DNA of 64,000 bases from Podarcis muralis (taxonomy: Eukaryota), in NCBI RefSeq assembly GCF_964188315.1, contig NC_135655.1, forward strand, positions 112,778,001-112,842,000, read 5' to 3'. A program made the translations under genes and the position numbers. Below, in pieces: positions 22,513-36,227 of the stretch (its first letter is position 1; each line of letters starts with the position of its first letter). Under the pieces are notes generated by a model. The model saw only the letters and a list, made by a program, of their open reading frames with translations. It searched no databases and was not told the DNA's origin.

Positions 22513-24626
22513 TACCTGAGAGAGGAACGTATCTGCTCTTCATACCTCATGATGATCACTGAAAGGAGCTGGGGAAAGGCAGGACCTGCAACACACTCCT
22601 CAGCTGCAGAGTGAGTGCTTTCTCATACCTTTTTGCAACTTCATTGACAGATAAACCATTGGCTGAAATACACATTCAGCTGAGTCTGGCCTCTTCTCCA
22701 TGTTTGAGGTGAGCTTTTTGCTTTTTTGTTGTCGTATGTACAATATGTGTTTCTTTTTTATCAATTCATGCTTTATCATTGTTTATCACACATATATCCT
22801 GCCTTTTCTCTTGTGCTGTTTGGTGTGATTCCCCCCGCCCCCGGTCTCTCATCCTTGGGGATGGGAGGTACATTTGGGTTCAATGTAGCGAAGCGTACTT
22901 TTCCAGTTGGGGCTTTCTGCTTTTAAAAAGCATTTTGCAGCCAGGAATAGAGAGTCAGTTGACTTCAGCCAAGTTGTGATGGGTAAATAGAGTTTTCTTC
23001 AGCTGCATGTTGTTACCTGTCATAAGCATTGGGGGGGGGGGGTGTAGGGAAAATTTAAGATTATGGAGAATATTTTAAAGTGTGTAATCAAAGTGGAAAT
23101 CACTTTTCAGAATAGTAGATTGTGATGAATAGCTCTTGTGTGCATACGCCCAGTTGTCTTTTTGTCAGGGTATTTTTATTTCTTGTATTAATAATGTTAA
23201 ATTGTATCAGACAAGGACAGAGGGGCTCTTTAGATGTAGTGCTGAGAGGATATACAAGGGCAACTTTAGTGGAGTGTAGCTGGAGAGGACAGGAGTCTGA
23301 TTGTATGGACTAGAGAATGGAGTTGGAGAGCGATGGCTGAATATATTAATTTTTGTTTACCTCAGTTTCTCATTTTCCAGTATTAAGTTCAGTTTTCCAC
23401 ATTGGTTTGAGGTGATATTTTGTGAGCACAGGCTCAGTCAGCCTGTAACAGGGCCTAAGCAGTGGCATGAGCTACAGCCACAAGACAAGGATTTGGGATC
23501 AAACAGGCCACAACTTTGTTGAATTACAGGTGTCAGTAGACTTTGGCTAACACGTTGGGTATATATCCAGCATCATCCAGCCTGCCTGCTGGATGACTGT
23601 TTAATAGGGTTGATCCTAGGTTAGGGATCACCCTAGGATGTAGATGTGTCCCACCAGAATCACCATGGCCCAACTACCCTGTGTGGGCACCTGGTTCAAA
23701 GCACCTCTCCCCTGGACCTCCTTAACAGGGTATCCCTTTCCTTGAGGGGGGCATTGAGACTCCCAACCCCACTGCCTTGACTAACAACCCATCCCCATGC
23801 CTTATCTGCCATTAAGTGGTGACAATTGCTATGAGGAAGGCGAAAACCCTGAGACAGGCTAAATATGTCTGGAGAAAAAAAATCGTGCTTGGCCCCAACA
23901 ACAGGGACCGAGATTTAGATAGCGAGATCGTGCATATGACCAGCCCACTCCTTTGGGCAAGTCGTAGCGTGCTGCCAAGAGAGGGAGGGTGGGTGGGTGG
24001 GTGATCCGGCTCTGACGGAGCTGCCAAGATTGTGCGTACTCCTTATTTAAGCCAGGTGAGTGGAGCTGACTGAGGATCTCAATGAGAAGCTCCCAGTCAA
24101 GTCTGCTTCTGAAAACTCGATCCCCAGCCCACATGTGAAGTTGCAGGTGGGCCATGTCAATCATCACAGCTGGTGGAGGAGGACATGGCGTCCTCCACCG
24201 GCCATTTTAATCTCTCCCCCTGCCCCAGCAGCAAGCCGCACCATGCTGCAACCGCCGCCTCCCTGCAGAGAAGTGGACTTACTTCATGAAAATTCTCCAG
24301 CATTTTAGTGTTTAGTTTTTTCTACTGTACACATTTTTAGATACAATTTTGCCTAATATACACATCTATACATTCTTTGCATTTGTTCCATCTCATCAAC
24401 AAACACTGGCGTCTGAGGGAGGTGGAAGAAGAATGGATGCAGTGAAGGGACAGAGAGAGATTTTGGCAGATAAATTGCAGTTTGTTCCTGAAGTTGGTGA
24501 GGCTCTGACAGAAACTGAGGAAGAGAAGGCAGGCTTTAGCTGAGCATAAAAGGTAGAAAAGAAGCTTCAGGATTGTTGAAAACGGTCAGTAATGATGCTT
24601 GGCCAGATAAAGAGCAGAGTATGTGG

Positions 24627-24812
24627 CATAGCAGCCAACTCCTTGGGGCTGAGGTCCCTTCGGCCCCACAATAAAACATTTGAGGGGGCCAGCCCCCCCA
24701 AGCTGATTAATATTTCCATTGAAATGGTGTGAATGGACAGCATCATGTGATTGATTATGAAGGGCAGGGCTTATCTGGGGCCCCCAATATTTTATTCAAG
24801 TTGGCACCCATG
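24627..24812. mobile_element. hAT MITE (CATAG/CATGG-ended)
   Basis: Ends CATAGCAGCCAACT...AGTTGGCACCCATG; 8-bp TSD GTATGTGG / GTATGAGG. Confidence 0.8.
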
Positions 24813-26558
24813 GTATGAGGGGAGCATGGATTTAAAATGAGCCAGTTGGGTTTTTTTAATGCCTCAAAATGCACATAGCACCCTGAGGACATGAATGGGG
24901 ATAATGTATGGAAGACGTATGCCGGGCTGGGAGCAAGCGTGCCAAATAGCTTGGTAGGACAGTAGAACAAACAAGCTAAGATTTAAGTATAGGGAGGAGT
25001 TGGTGTTGAAACAACAGAGTTTGGAGTGGGGTGGCCAACATGGTGCGCTCTAGATGCTGTTGGATGGATGACAATTCCCATCTTCCATTGGGGCTGCAGG
25101 TGGGAGTTGTACTCCAACATCATACATTAGCTACCTTGATCTAGAGCACTGGTCAGATGTGCCAGGTGACATAAAGGGATGATGACACTTCAAGAGTTAC
25201 CAGACTGCAGGTCACAGTAGAGACAAGAAGCAGAGGTGTGGGGGTAGAGAAGATACACACTGTGAGTGATAATGTGGTGGTCAGAAGGAGGGTGTTCTCT
25301 TAGGGCAGGGAGCCCAGTACATAACAGTTCTTGTAGAACACAAGGTCAGGGGAGTGAACGGGACAGTGAGTGGCCGAGTCTGTCCAAAGTCACAGGCCTC
25401 TGGAGGAGTTTAGTTGGGAGGGGGGAAGTGGAAGGTAGCTTGATCAGTGAGATGTTCATCCATGAATACTGAAGTCGTGAAGGGGCAAGGGTCGAGTGTT
25501 GTGAAAGAGAAGAAAGGTAAACAAAGGGCCAAGATCAGTTAAGAGTGTAGAAGTAGGTCCAACAGGCAAAGGGGGAGCACAAAGGTACAGAATAAAATTT
25601 CAAAGGTAAAAAACAATTGGTAGCTGGAAGCAATTTGGGAAGAGGCCCCACCATTTTGACTGACAAGAGTTTGGGGACTACAAAAAAAGGAGAGACTTCT
25701 GAAGAAGGAATCAGCAGTGGGGCTGGGCCTGGTGAGAGCAAGTGAGGGGAAAGCAAAAGGGTAGAGATGTAGACATCATAAGGTGCAGTTCAACTGAAGG
25801 AATGGTTGGACACCAAACGAGCACCATATGGTCTAGGGTCCAAAGCGCGTGTTCTGTTTGCTGCATATCTGTATACAAGGAAAAAATGTTGCTGAAATGA
25901 ATTGGGAAGCATTTTTCCACAGTGCAAATTGCAGGCACAGGCCACCAAATCTGGATTGGGGCCATAGTAGTGGACAAAGGTTAACACCCCCCCCCCCAAT
26001 TCCTCCATGCTAGGGTTCTCATCTGAACTGGATCCCCGCATTGCCAGTCTGTGCTGGTTACAAATGGCTAGCCAGTTTGCAAGGTCAGTAGTCCATAGTT
26101 TAAGCTCTAAATGTTTACCACATTCATTTCTGTCTTGGTGGGAAAAAAGGCTTTATGTTTTTAGCTATTTTAGGATAGCATATAACTGATGTTTCTTGTT
26201 TTCTGGACATGTGTTGTTCATTTTCTTAGTAGCAAAAAACAAAACAAAAACCCCTCAGTCAATATGTCACTGTTTTCCTTTTTAAAACCACCTCCAATAA
26301 TAACCCCCGCCTCCCCATCAGCATATTGGCTCCGGATGTTCCTCTGTCACTGTGGAAAACCCAGAGCTAATTTTGACACTTGCTCAGTTTGGGAAGATGA
26401 TTCTTCATTCTGCGTGGCTTGCAGCTATATCTGTAGAGCCATTTCATAATCATCCGTCTTTTGCTTGAATTTGATCACAGCCGCTGAATCCCCTGCGTTG
26501 GTAATGAAGCCTTAAGGTTGCCTTTTCCTCAGCATAAATCCATCCCAGAGACCTTTGA

Positions 26559-26560
<2 letters not shown>

Positions 26561-26589
<29 letters not shown>

Positions 26590-26611
26590 GTTGGTGTGTG
26601 TGTGTGTGTGT
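26561..26611. repeat. Interrupted (GT)n microsatellite
   Basis: Direct reading. Confidence 0.98.
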
Positions 26612-28704
26612 TTCAGTACGAATGAATGTGTGGAACTGAAATTGCTCTGCTTTCTTTACAAATGACTCAGTGTGCTTGTCCTTCCCTAAAATGCTGCCAG
26701 CATGTAAAGGATTTTCAATGAGCAGTGCAAATAAGCCGGCAGCAGAGAAGGTTTGGAGCTGCACTGTGTAACAGTTTACTGTCACACAGATGATCAGGGT
26801 TGGAGAGCCAAGCCTCTGTAGTGTTCACCATACCTCTTTCTGCTCACATACTGGAAGTTTTGTGTTTCTAACCTGGTTTCTTTTATGAGCTGGATATTTA
26901 GTACTACCAAAATGTGGAGTGGACTTCCTAGCAGAGGTGAGCAATGAATTTTATTACTATTATGAGTAAGCATTACAGAATTGCTTTGAGGCACATTCCT
27001 ATACATTTATCCCATGCTTGGCATCATTTCTGTATGTGTGTGGAAGTGGAATTTTGTGTTTCATTTGTGCCGGCAGAGACAACACAAAAGGCTAGAAAAA
27101 TAATGAGAGAATAATGACATTGTAAACGTTAACATTGTAAAGGGTTAAGCCTCCTTTCAGTTTCCTGTCATTTTACTTGGAGAAGAGGCTGTTCTAACCC
27201 TTAGTTATTTCAAATATATCAGAATCTATCTATCGGTACAATATGACAAGCTGATCATTAATTGATGAGGCTAATCATCAGTGAGATTGTGTACTTGTGA
27301 TCAAAAATGATATGCAGGGCACTGAACCCTACTTAGCAGAAAGCTTGACTCGTGGAAGGGATATTATACAGGAGATAAATTACTAACATGACTTGCAACT
27401 AATAAAATAAGATAAAAGCAATGGACTGCATACTGGAGTAATGAAAACGGGAGTCTGACTCTGTGAGTATTAAACGGTATGACCTGTCAGTCACAGGACA
27501 ACCTCCACTAATTCATTTGCAATGACAACTTGTTTTATGAGAGGCATAAAATTACTGTCACTGCCATCTAAGCATGCTTTAATTAAATATGACATTTTAA
27601 GTGCTGCACATCTTTCTTTTTTTTAAAAGCAGAAATATATTGCTGAAACTAATTTGTGAAGTTCATATCGCCCACCCCTTAAGTTTCAAAACATTCTGGC
27701 AGAGGATTAAGTTATGTTTACTTGTCTAAAAAGTTCTAGCCAATCACTTCAGTGTGAATATTATTCATTAAACCTTGCTGTGGGCTTGCTTATCTTCATT
27801 GAGGTAGGTGTTGTTTTAGTTATTTGTTTTAGGTGTGGGTAGTATTGTCCCCAATGAAGAGAAAATTACAAGCTAGCATTATGAAACTGGCATTTCTTCT
27901 TACAAAATAACTATTTAAGTAGCTTTGCAGATCTAGAAACTAACCTATCTAATGCTCTCCCCATTAAATTTATTCATGAAGTATTTGTTTTTATAGCTCC
28001 CAACGACTGAGTTACAGATAAGAACATGTTTGTTTGACTGAAGATTTGAGAATTTCCATTTACTGGCAGTACACGTAAAGCATGGCTAACCAGGAGCAAA
28101 CCCATTTGTATTAGCCAATCTGTCTTTGCAAGTCCCAGGGCCACTATCTTGCTAGAAGCCACTGTGTGCTTTTGAAAGCATGAAATTAGTTTTATACTGA
28201 GCACATGGTTTCTCATTTAGCAGCTCTTTTTATGGAAATGGTCAATTTATAGTTCACTGCCAGGATTTCGGCCTTCTGTCAAAGCTGATAGATTCGGCTA
28301 AGGTGTCCATTGGAGATTAAAAAAATAAAAATAAAGAAAGTGGAGAAGAGAAAAATGCTAATTAGGACCAAGAGAGTGGACTTGAACCCATCAGTAAAAT
28401 ATACTCATGACATTATTTTAGATCTCCGGTAGTTAGGGTTGTTGTTTTCTTCAGTCATTGCCAGTTCCTGAGTTGGACACTTTTTTTTTTTATGAACCAT
28501 AATGAAACTAGGAAAGAAGTTTGTCACATGTAAGGGCCTTTTAAAGTATATTTTCTAGCTCCTCTGACAAACTGCTTTCAACAATTTGGTCAATATTACA
28601 ACCAAACTGTGTTAGCTTGTCAAAGGATCAAGTATATATAGAAAAGTAGGAATATAAAAGTTTCTTTGTTTTGTGCAATCCTTCCTATTGCTGTTGTAAT
28701 ACTT

Positions 28705-28920
28705 TAAGGCTGCAAACCTATACCTACTTTACTGGGAGTAAGTCCCGTTGAACTTGAAAGAACTTATTCTGAGTAGACTTGCATAGGATTTTGTTGTAAA
28801 GCTGCAATCCCATGAACACTTGCCAGGGAGTAAGCTCCGGTGAATTGCTTCTCATGGGAGTAAGTCCCACACAACTCTGTGGGACTTGCTTTCAAGTAAA
28901 CTTGCACAGGTCAAGCTGTA
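28705..28920. repeat. Tandem copies of a short imperfect-palindrome interspersed repeat (GGGAGTAAGTCCC core)
   Basis: Three partial units; related copies near 19752-19835, 34841-34900 and, weakly, 48595-48660. Confidence 0.7.
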
Positions 28921-29360
28921 CATTAAAACAATGGAAATATATGTGGACAGCTTGCAGTTTTTCTTCCTTTGTACTATAAGCAATATTTGGTGAGAGAAGG
29001 GGAGATCTCTACAACCTGATGCTTATATTTGACTATATAGAAATCAAACTCAGACACATTTGAAACCACATCATGTCCTTACATGGTTTCTATTGCAGAT
29101 ATTGTCATCTTCTGGACTCCCCCAACCTCCACAAGTAAACTTGCTTGGAACTAAATTCCATTGAGGAGGTGTACATACAGGAACAAATGTTGAATGATGA
29201 TTGCTTGCGTCCATGTAACTGTAAAATGAATGCAACAATGATGTTTACAGAAGCTTCCATTTTAGTCATATGCAACAGAGAGCTACATAGTTGTTACATC
29301 CTGCGATTTGTACACATGGTGGCATTTTTTTGTCTACTGTGAAGTGATCTTTACATAGTA

Positions 29361-29586
29361 CAGTGGTACCTCAGCTTACATACGCTTCAGGTTACATACT
29401 CCGCTAACCCAGAAATAGTGCTTCAGGTTAAGAACTTTGCTTCAGGATGAGAACATAAATCCTGCTCCGGCGGCGCGGCGGCAGCAGGAGGCCCCATTAG
29501 CTAAAGTGGTGCTTCAGGTTAAGAACAGTTTCAGGTTAAGAACGGACCTCCGGAACGAATTAAGTACTTAACCTGAGGTACCACTG
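29361..29586. mobile_element. Tigger-like MITE family A (opposite orientation to the other copies)
   Basis: CAGTGGTACCTC TIRs, TA flanks. Confidence 0.92.
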
Positions 29587-29948
29587 TACTAAGAAGTTTC
29601 AGGGGGGGCATTTATATATTTTTGGGGGGAGGGCACTAATAATTTAATATTGTGCATGTTTAATATAGGCCTGTCTGCTTTCAGGCTAAACCCACAGCAA
29701 GACTCTCTGTTATTATTATTGATTGAAACAGTTCTATTGCTGATCCGCCCCATCCTCATAGTTGGCGGACTTGAGGTGCTTCCTTTATGTAATGTGCTTG
29801 AGAAAAATAGATTGAAGAGCTGACTGGATTTTCTTCCAATATGTTGTTCAAACAACTTTATGCTGTTGTCATTCTTTTGACAATGAAGGGGCCCATCAGT
29901 TGGAAGAGACTCCTTCACAAAATGGGGCCATTTCTCTATCTACTGCCA

Positions 29949-30201
29949 GAGAGCTAGTCTGGTGTAGTGGTTAAGAGCTGTGGACTCGTAATCTGGTGAA
30001 CCGGGTTCGCGTCTCCGCTCCTCCACATGCAGCTGCTGGGAGACCTTGGGCTAGTCACACTTCTCTGAAGTCTCTCAGCCCCACTCACCTCACAGAGTGT
30101 TTGTTGTGAGGGAGGAAGGGAAAGGAGAATGTTAGCCGCTTTGAGACTCCTTAGGGTAGTGATAAAGCGGTATAACAAATCCAAACTCTTCTTCTCCTCT
30201 T
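29949..30201 (+). mobile_element. tRNA/CORE SINE, probably Squam3 (MIR/Ther1-derived)
   Basis: A box TGGTGTAGTGG, B-box-like GGTTCGCGTC, CORE-like GACCTTGGGCTAGTCAC, L2-type tail, (TCT)n; TSD CTGCCA. Confidence 0.85.
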
Positions 30202-32130
30202 CTGCCACCCCCTTCCACCATTCACAGTCCGTACGCCTATTTCAGGAAGCCTCAAGCTCACAGAGATGTTGCTCCATGAATGGGTCAGCTCAGAATTGGG
30301 ACTTGGAGGCTTCTCCTTTTTTCTTTGCTCGTATCCAGGCCCTGATCCAGGCAGCGGCTTCCATGTGCTTCCACCTCCTTCCAAGTACCCTAGCTGAGCA
30401 CTTTTGTGGTGGCCCCGAAAGTCTTACCTGGAACCTTGTCAGCTATGCTCCTGTAGCTCTGGGGCAGATGAAGAGGAGCGCTTGAGAGCCAACCAGGAAC
30501 CCAGTGCCCTAACCTCCAATCCTGGGGCAGGCATGTCTGGATCCAACATCTCCTCAGTAGCATTCATACTGTGGAGATCTGCCAGGAGGTCCTGCTCCCC
30601 TTGTTCCTTGGGTTCCAGACCTGGCCTGGGCTGAATCCTGACACACACTCTATTTTTTGCCACTCACTGTCACCCCCCTGCATGAAACTAGGCCAAGGGC
30701 TGTAGGTTGCCCACCTTTACTGTAGGGGGGGCCTCTGGTGATTTAAAGGGCATACTTCCATTTTATATGTGTAGATTTATATTTTATTGGTGGTGTCCTT
30801 TCGAATGCGGGTACTCTTACCCAGGACAGTCAATCCCTTCTGGGTTATGTAAGGGTGGAAAAACATTGTAGATGACCTGTGGACGCAGAGTTTCATCTGC
30901 GTGACTTTCTGATCTTATGACTCTGTGTACGCTTCAAAGGTTGTCAGATGAGGAAGGTTGACACTAGCTTGTTGGGGAGAAGTATCCTGTATCAGCAGCA
31001 CATTCCAAAATACATTTGTATGAAAGACAATGTCCTTCATTGCCATCTTTTGTTCTTCTGTTTTGTTGTCATAACTACATGCTTGTTAAGCACTGAATAG
31101 TCAGGATATGTCTTTATTTTAAAATTTTGCATTAAAGATCAGTTGTTTTTGTTTCACAATATGTCATATCCAGTTCCTGGTATTTATTACGCTCTAGAAC
31201 CGTGTGTTTGGCAGCTCATGGATGGTTTGAATAGTACTTTTTAATTGTTTCAAAAAGTTGGAGCAGGTAAATTTATTTGGAAACTGCTTGCTGTTAACAT
31301 ACTTATTGATCATTGTTTGTTGAGTCTACATTTCCAAAGAGGGCCAATCCTTTATACTGAGAATAAACAGACACTGCAATGGGATCAGAGCCAGGCTAGA
31401 TGTTCAGTTATGCACTTGTAACATTTTCCAGGTTTTTTGCTCAATGAAAATTAGACTTGGGAACAGACAGAGTAATATGTGGAGTGATTAACCCTCTCTA
31501 CTCCAGCCACTTCCCCCACTATTTCCATCAGATGCTTTCCCCTATGGGGGGGGGGCTTTTTTCCTCAGGACAAAACAAACTGAGTTTTAATGGGGGGTGG
31601 GGAGGAAGGTTGGATGCGAAAGGGTTAAGCATGTGAAGTTAGAGACATGCACATAACAATTGCATTCTCTTACCTGTGATCATACACTTCCAAGACTGCT
31701 ACTTATTTGTTTCTTTGTTGGAAAAGATGGGAGAAATTTACACTTTCTGACTTGTTCCTAATGTATATGTTTGGAAAATAATGCAACAATTAAGGCAATA
31801 ATCACCTGCTGAATAGAAACATGATAGGCAATTCATTTCTGTGAAGTCTGCATAAGACCTCAAGCTTAGCCAATATTTCATTCAGCCTTTCTTTTTGATT
31901 TTTGCTGAAGTCTGCCTGTACATTGCTTTAAAACAGTGTTGTTTGAGGTTGGGATTATTGGAATATGCAGCTAGCTTTTGGTTCAAATTTCAGCAAATCA
32001 GTTTTTCATACTTGAAGGTCTCTGCTGAAATCTCCAGCACCTCCACTTGTATACCCAGGTGCTGTGACCCACTACCCCACAATATGTATTGAAGAGACTA
32101 CCTGTGACCCATTATTTTGGTTTCAAAATA

Positions 32131-32484
32131 GACACGGGTGGCGCTGTGGGTTAAACCACAGAGCTTAGGGCTTGCCGATCAGAAGGTCGGCGGTTTGAAT
32201 CCCCGCGACAGGGTGAGCTCCCGTTGCTCAGTCCTTGCTCCTGCCAACCTAGCAGTTCGAAAGCACAAAGTGCAAGTAGATAAATAGGTACTGCTCCGGC
32301 GGGAAGGTGAATGGCGTTTCCGTGCGCTGGTCTGGTTCGCCAGAAGCGGCTTAGTCATGCTGGCCACATGACCCGGAAGCTGTACGCCGGCTCCCTCGAC
32401 CAATAAAATGAGATGAGCGCCGCAACCCCAGAGTCGGCCACGACTGGACCTAGCAGTCAGGGGTCCCTTTTCCTTTACCTTTAC
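32131..32484 (+). mobile_element. Sauria SINE (Squam1)
   Basis: Full-length match to the other copies; tail abuts a MITE. Confidence 0.95.
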
Positions 32485-32598
32485 CAGATTTTTTTCAATG
32501 AATCCAGGGACACTTTTCAACTTCAATGGATTTTGTATGGGGACAGATTTGTAAATCCGGGGATTGTCCCTGGGAAACGGGGATGTCTGGTAACCTTA
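32485..32598. mobile_element. MITE with a TGGTAACCTTA right end, left terminus lost or overlapped by the SINE tail
   Basis: (TTACC)AGATTTTTTTCAATGAATCCAGGGACAC...GGATGTCTGGTAACCTTA; internal GGGGAC/GTCCC motifs. Confidence 0.6.
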
Positions 32599-35500
32599 AA
32601 ATAGACCACAACTTTATTGATTACCATATAACCTGTTTCAACCAGCCCATTTTCTGGTTGATTCTCCCAGGGGTTGAAAGAATGGCGAGGGAGGTCTATG
32701 GCATCCATCAAATAGATGCAACCCCACCCAGTATGCCATGGAGGAAAGCTGTGGCCCTAGTCCCCACCTGGACAGGAACATCTCCTCCAGGATCCCTTTA
32801 ATGGGATACCTCATTCCCTCGTAGGGGCAGACAGAGACTTCCAACCATGACTAAGGCTTTTACCCAAATCCAAAGGGCCTGGCATGAGGTCAACCTCTTT
32901 TACGTACTCTAGGAGCAGACCTGAGTGAAATCCACAATGGACCCAGTCAGATCCACCCCCTGAGTGTGCCTGCTCCCTGGTTTGACTGCTATTGGCCAAT
33001 TTGCAGCTGGACCAAATTCGAACAATCCCCAGCCAGCAGGTGAGATGTTTTGCATCTTCTGTTGGCTGGGAACCTTGGTGGAAGAAGTGGTGGGATGCTG
33101 CCATGCTACAATGCCACGTTACCTGTGATGGCAAGCAGAATTTAAAAGTTTGCAGCACATGGTCAGGGAGGCCTCTTTGCAAACTGGACTAGATAATGCT
33201 GGGCTAGATGGATTAATGCCCTGATTCAGCATATCAGGCAGATGTGTGTGTTGCTATGTTTATTTTGCTTGCAGTCACACTGCATGATAGATTTTGTAGT
33301 TCTGAAGTTACACCATATCTTCCTTGCAATAGCACTGTATGAAGGATTTAAATATTTGAAGAAAATGGTGCCAAAATCTTGAAATAAGAATGCTGTTACC
33401 GTGAGAGTACAGAATGCTCATACCATTTGTAAGAGCACTTGTTGGAAAAGCACATCCAAATGCTGTATGATAACACAGGTTTCTGGCAAACGAAACTTAG
33501 ATTCACCACCTGTTAATCTTTGCTAAACTGTTGCTGATTGTACATATTATGGCACTGATGAAGTAAGCTTTCCTTGCTGCTACCTCCCTGGCATAATAAT
33601 TTCTTTAAAATGTGTATTTGCCTGAATACTAAACATAACCTTCCACTGAAAGTAGAAGTGCCTGCTTCTGAGTACACCTTTTTGGGTTTAGCTTTATGAT
33701 ACAAAGGGTGTGCAGATGTTTTGCTCTGCACAAACATCTGCACGTACCAAATGGAGGGGGCCCCAGGAGTGTGTCTACTGACCATGCCCCTGAGTGCCCT
33801 TGTGTTCAACAGTCCTACATGCATACATTTCCTCCATGTAATTGGGAACCAATTGGGCCAAGGATAATTGCTAATTATAAGTGAGAGCCCTGCGTATATA
33901 CATCCATATGCACATTTGGACTGTCCCCCACCTTTTTTAAATTTATTAATGGTGAACACGTGGTTTCATGGGAAGACATGGCTAGCCAGCACAGTTCTTG
34001 TCCTCAAATGTTCACTGAATGCATTTTGCGTGTGGGGAGTGTATGCATACAGGGGCTATAGCTTCTGCAATTTTTATAGAACTAAAACACTTCATATACT
34101 GGAGTGACCTCTGCCAAGCACTAAAAGGAGAAGGCAGGCTTTCTCAAGTTTGATGGAACTTGTTTAAACCATGAGCATCCACTGCTTTACAGCACATTTG
34201 TTTTGCAGAGCAGAGAATGTGTGCTCAAGTTATTTCCCTCCCATTTAGAAAGTCTGTCTGTCTTCATGCTGGAGTGTGCCAGGGGTATCAGTCTGCTGTC
34301 TGACAATTTTAACAAGGCCATCAAGACAGCAACTGCAAATGTTGGCCCCTGGAACTTGTGCCAGATCAGTTATTAGACAGGGTGCACACATGGTTGCCAA
34401 GAAGTCCCCAGAGATCCTCTTTAGTTGGCCTCATAAGTTTGTTGAAATACAAGTACGGCATAACAGCTCTCAAGAAAGTGAAGGAACAAGTGTCCTTGGT
34501 TGCTATGTGCTATGTCCCTGGTATGTTCATTGTTCAAGAACTGTCTGGAATTTCCAGTGGTGGATAAATTTTTATAATGAAATGCCAGGTTAAATATAGT
34601 TAACCTTACCTTATAATGTTACTGCTCATATGACTAGGACAAATGACTCAAAACCAGAATTTCACATAGAAGCAGCCTTCTGTATATTTTATGTTCGGGA
34701 TATTTGTGTTGCCAATTTTTATTTTTATTTTTGTAACACTGTGCTCAAATTATTCTTGTGTTCAGCATTTTTAAACAAAGAAGACAGTGTTGATTTAATG
34801 TATGATTAAACGTTTCAAGAATTCCAACCCTGTGAAAGCAAATCCTGTTATGTCCAATGGGTCTAACTCTCAGGTAAGTGCCCCTGGAACTGCAGCCTAA
34901 TGAAACAATTTTAGTCCCATTCTATTAAAGACAACTTCCATTTAAAAATAAGGCTTCACCAGTCCCCCTGAGCACTTACTTAATAAATTTCATTGAGTAG
35001 TGATCTGTATATACAAGAAATACATCTAAGGGACTATAAATTGATTGAAGGTCAGCTCCCCAGTAAAAATCATTGACTTGCCTGAAGTTAACTTTATAGA
35101 TTTCAACTGCAGTTAATATGTCAACAAGTATAATGGTGCAAGAATAGGCCAAGTTTCCTCATGCCGGTTTATTGGCTAATGATTCAGTCTATTGCATTTT
35201 ATTCCTATGAGTATCTTCCCTAGCAGAGAAAGGCCTTGTACGCAGTGAAATGCACTTTAGTGTGGCTAAACTCTGAACAGATACTAGAACGAAGAGCTTC
35301 AGGCCTACAGTGGTTCCATATTCAGAAACAAAAATTAATGACACTGTGAATGCATTTCTGACATATTTAGTCCCCAGCTCAATGAGGTGAGAAGGTGCTG
35401 AAGTTTCAGCACTTCTTGAAATCTCGCTATTGCATATCCTGGTTATAAACAGAAAGGAAACTGACAGTCCAGTCCTGTAGGTCAGCTGCAGTCTGTCACA

Positions 35501-35812
35501 GTGCCATCAATTATTTGCCTTGCTCTAGCTGAGGTCAGGCTTTCTTTGCAGAGAGTCATTCACCTTCCAACTCTTTTATTTTATTTTTTGTTAAAAAAAA
35601 CAAATTGGTTGATATGCATTTGTGTCGCATATCCCGGAGATCTTATTTTCCAGGAAATGCTCACAAAATGTTTCAAAGCGGAGACCCTACAGTTCTTCAT
35701 GCTGCCAAAATCGATGTTATAACTGATATTTGTATGGCATTGTTGCACAGAAGCAAAGTCTGGAAGAGCACCGGCAGGTCTTCCTTAGCTAGCAGCCTGT
35801 CTCTGCTAGGTA

Positions 35813-36227
35813 GGGACACGGGTGGCGCTGTGGTCTAAACCACTGAGCCTCTTGGGCTTGCTGATCAGAAGGTTGGCAGTTCAAATCCGTGAGACGGGGT
35901 TAACTCCTGTTGCTTTGTCCCAGCTCCTGCCAACTTAGCAGTTTGAAAGCATGCCAGCTCTAGTAGATTAATAGGTATGGCTGCGGCAGGAAGGTAAACG
36001 GCATTTCCGTGCGCTCTGGCACTTGTCATGGTGTTCCTTTCACCAGAAGCAGTTTAGTCATGCTGGCCACATGACCCAGAATAGCTGTCTGCAGTCAAAT
36101 GCTGGCTCTTTGGCCTGAAGTGAGATGGGTGCTGCACCCCATAGTTGAATTTGACTGGACATAACCGTCCAGGGTTTCTTTACCTTTACCTTTACCTTTA
36201 CCTTTACCTTTACCTTTACCTTTACCT
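35813..36227 (+). mobile_element. Sauria SINE, longer subfamily, with an (ACCTTT)x8 tail
   Basis: Extra internal segment CACTTGTCATGGTGTTCC; TSD GCTAGGT. Confidence 0.95.

Noticed and set aside
32620-33180. GC-rich block with several overlapping ORFs
   Set aside because: Probably an old retroelement fragment, but no diagnostic motif could be read with confidence.
34249-34567. Protein-like text after a possible acceptor (SLSVFMLECARG...; PDQLLDRVHTWLP...)
   Set aside because: Needs a frameshift, has no matching donor and resembles no family I can name. A TBLASTX search would settle it.
34868-34882. Strong donor CAG|GTAAGT
   Set aside because: It is part of the palindromic interspersed repeat consensus and has no upstream acceptor partner.
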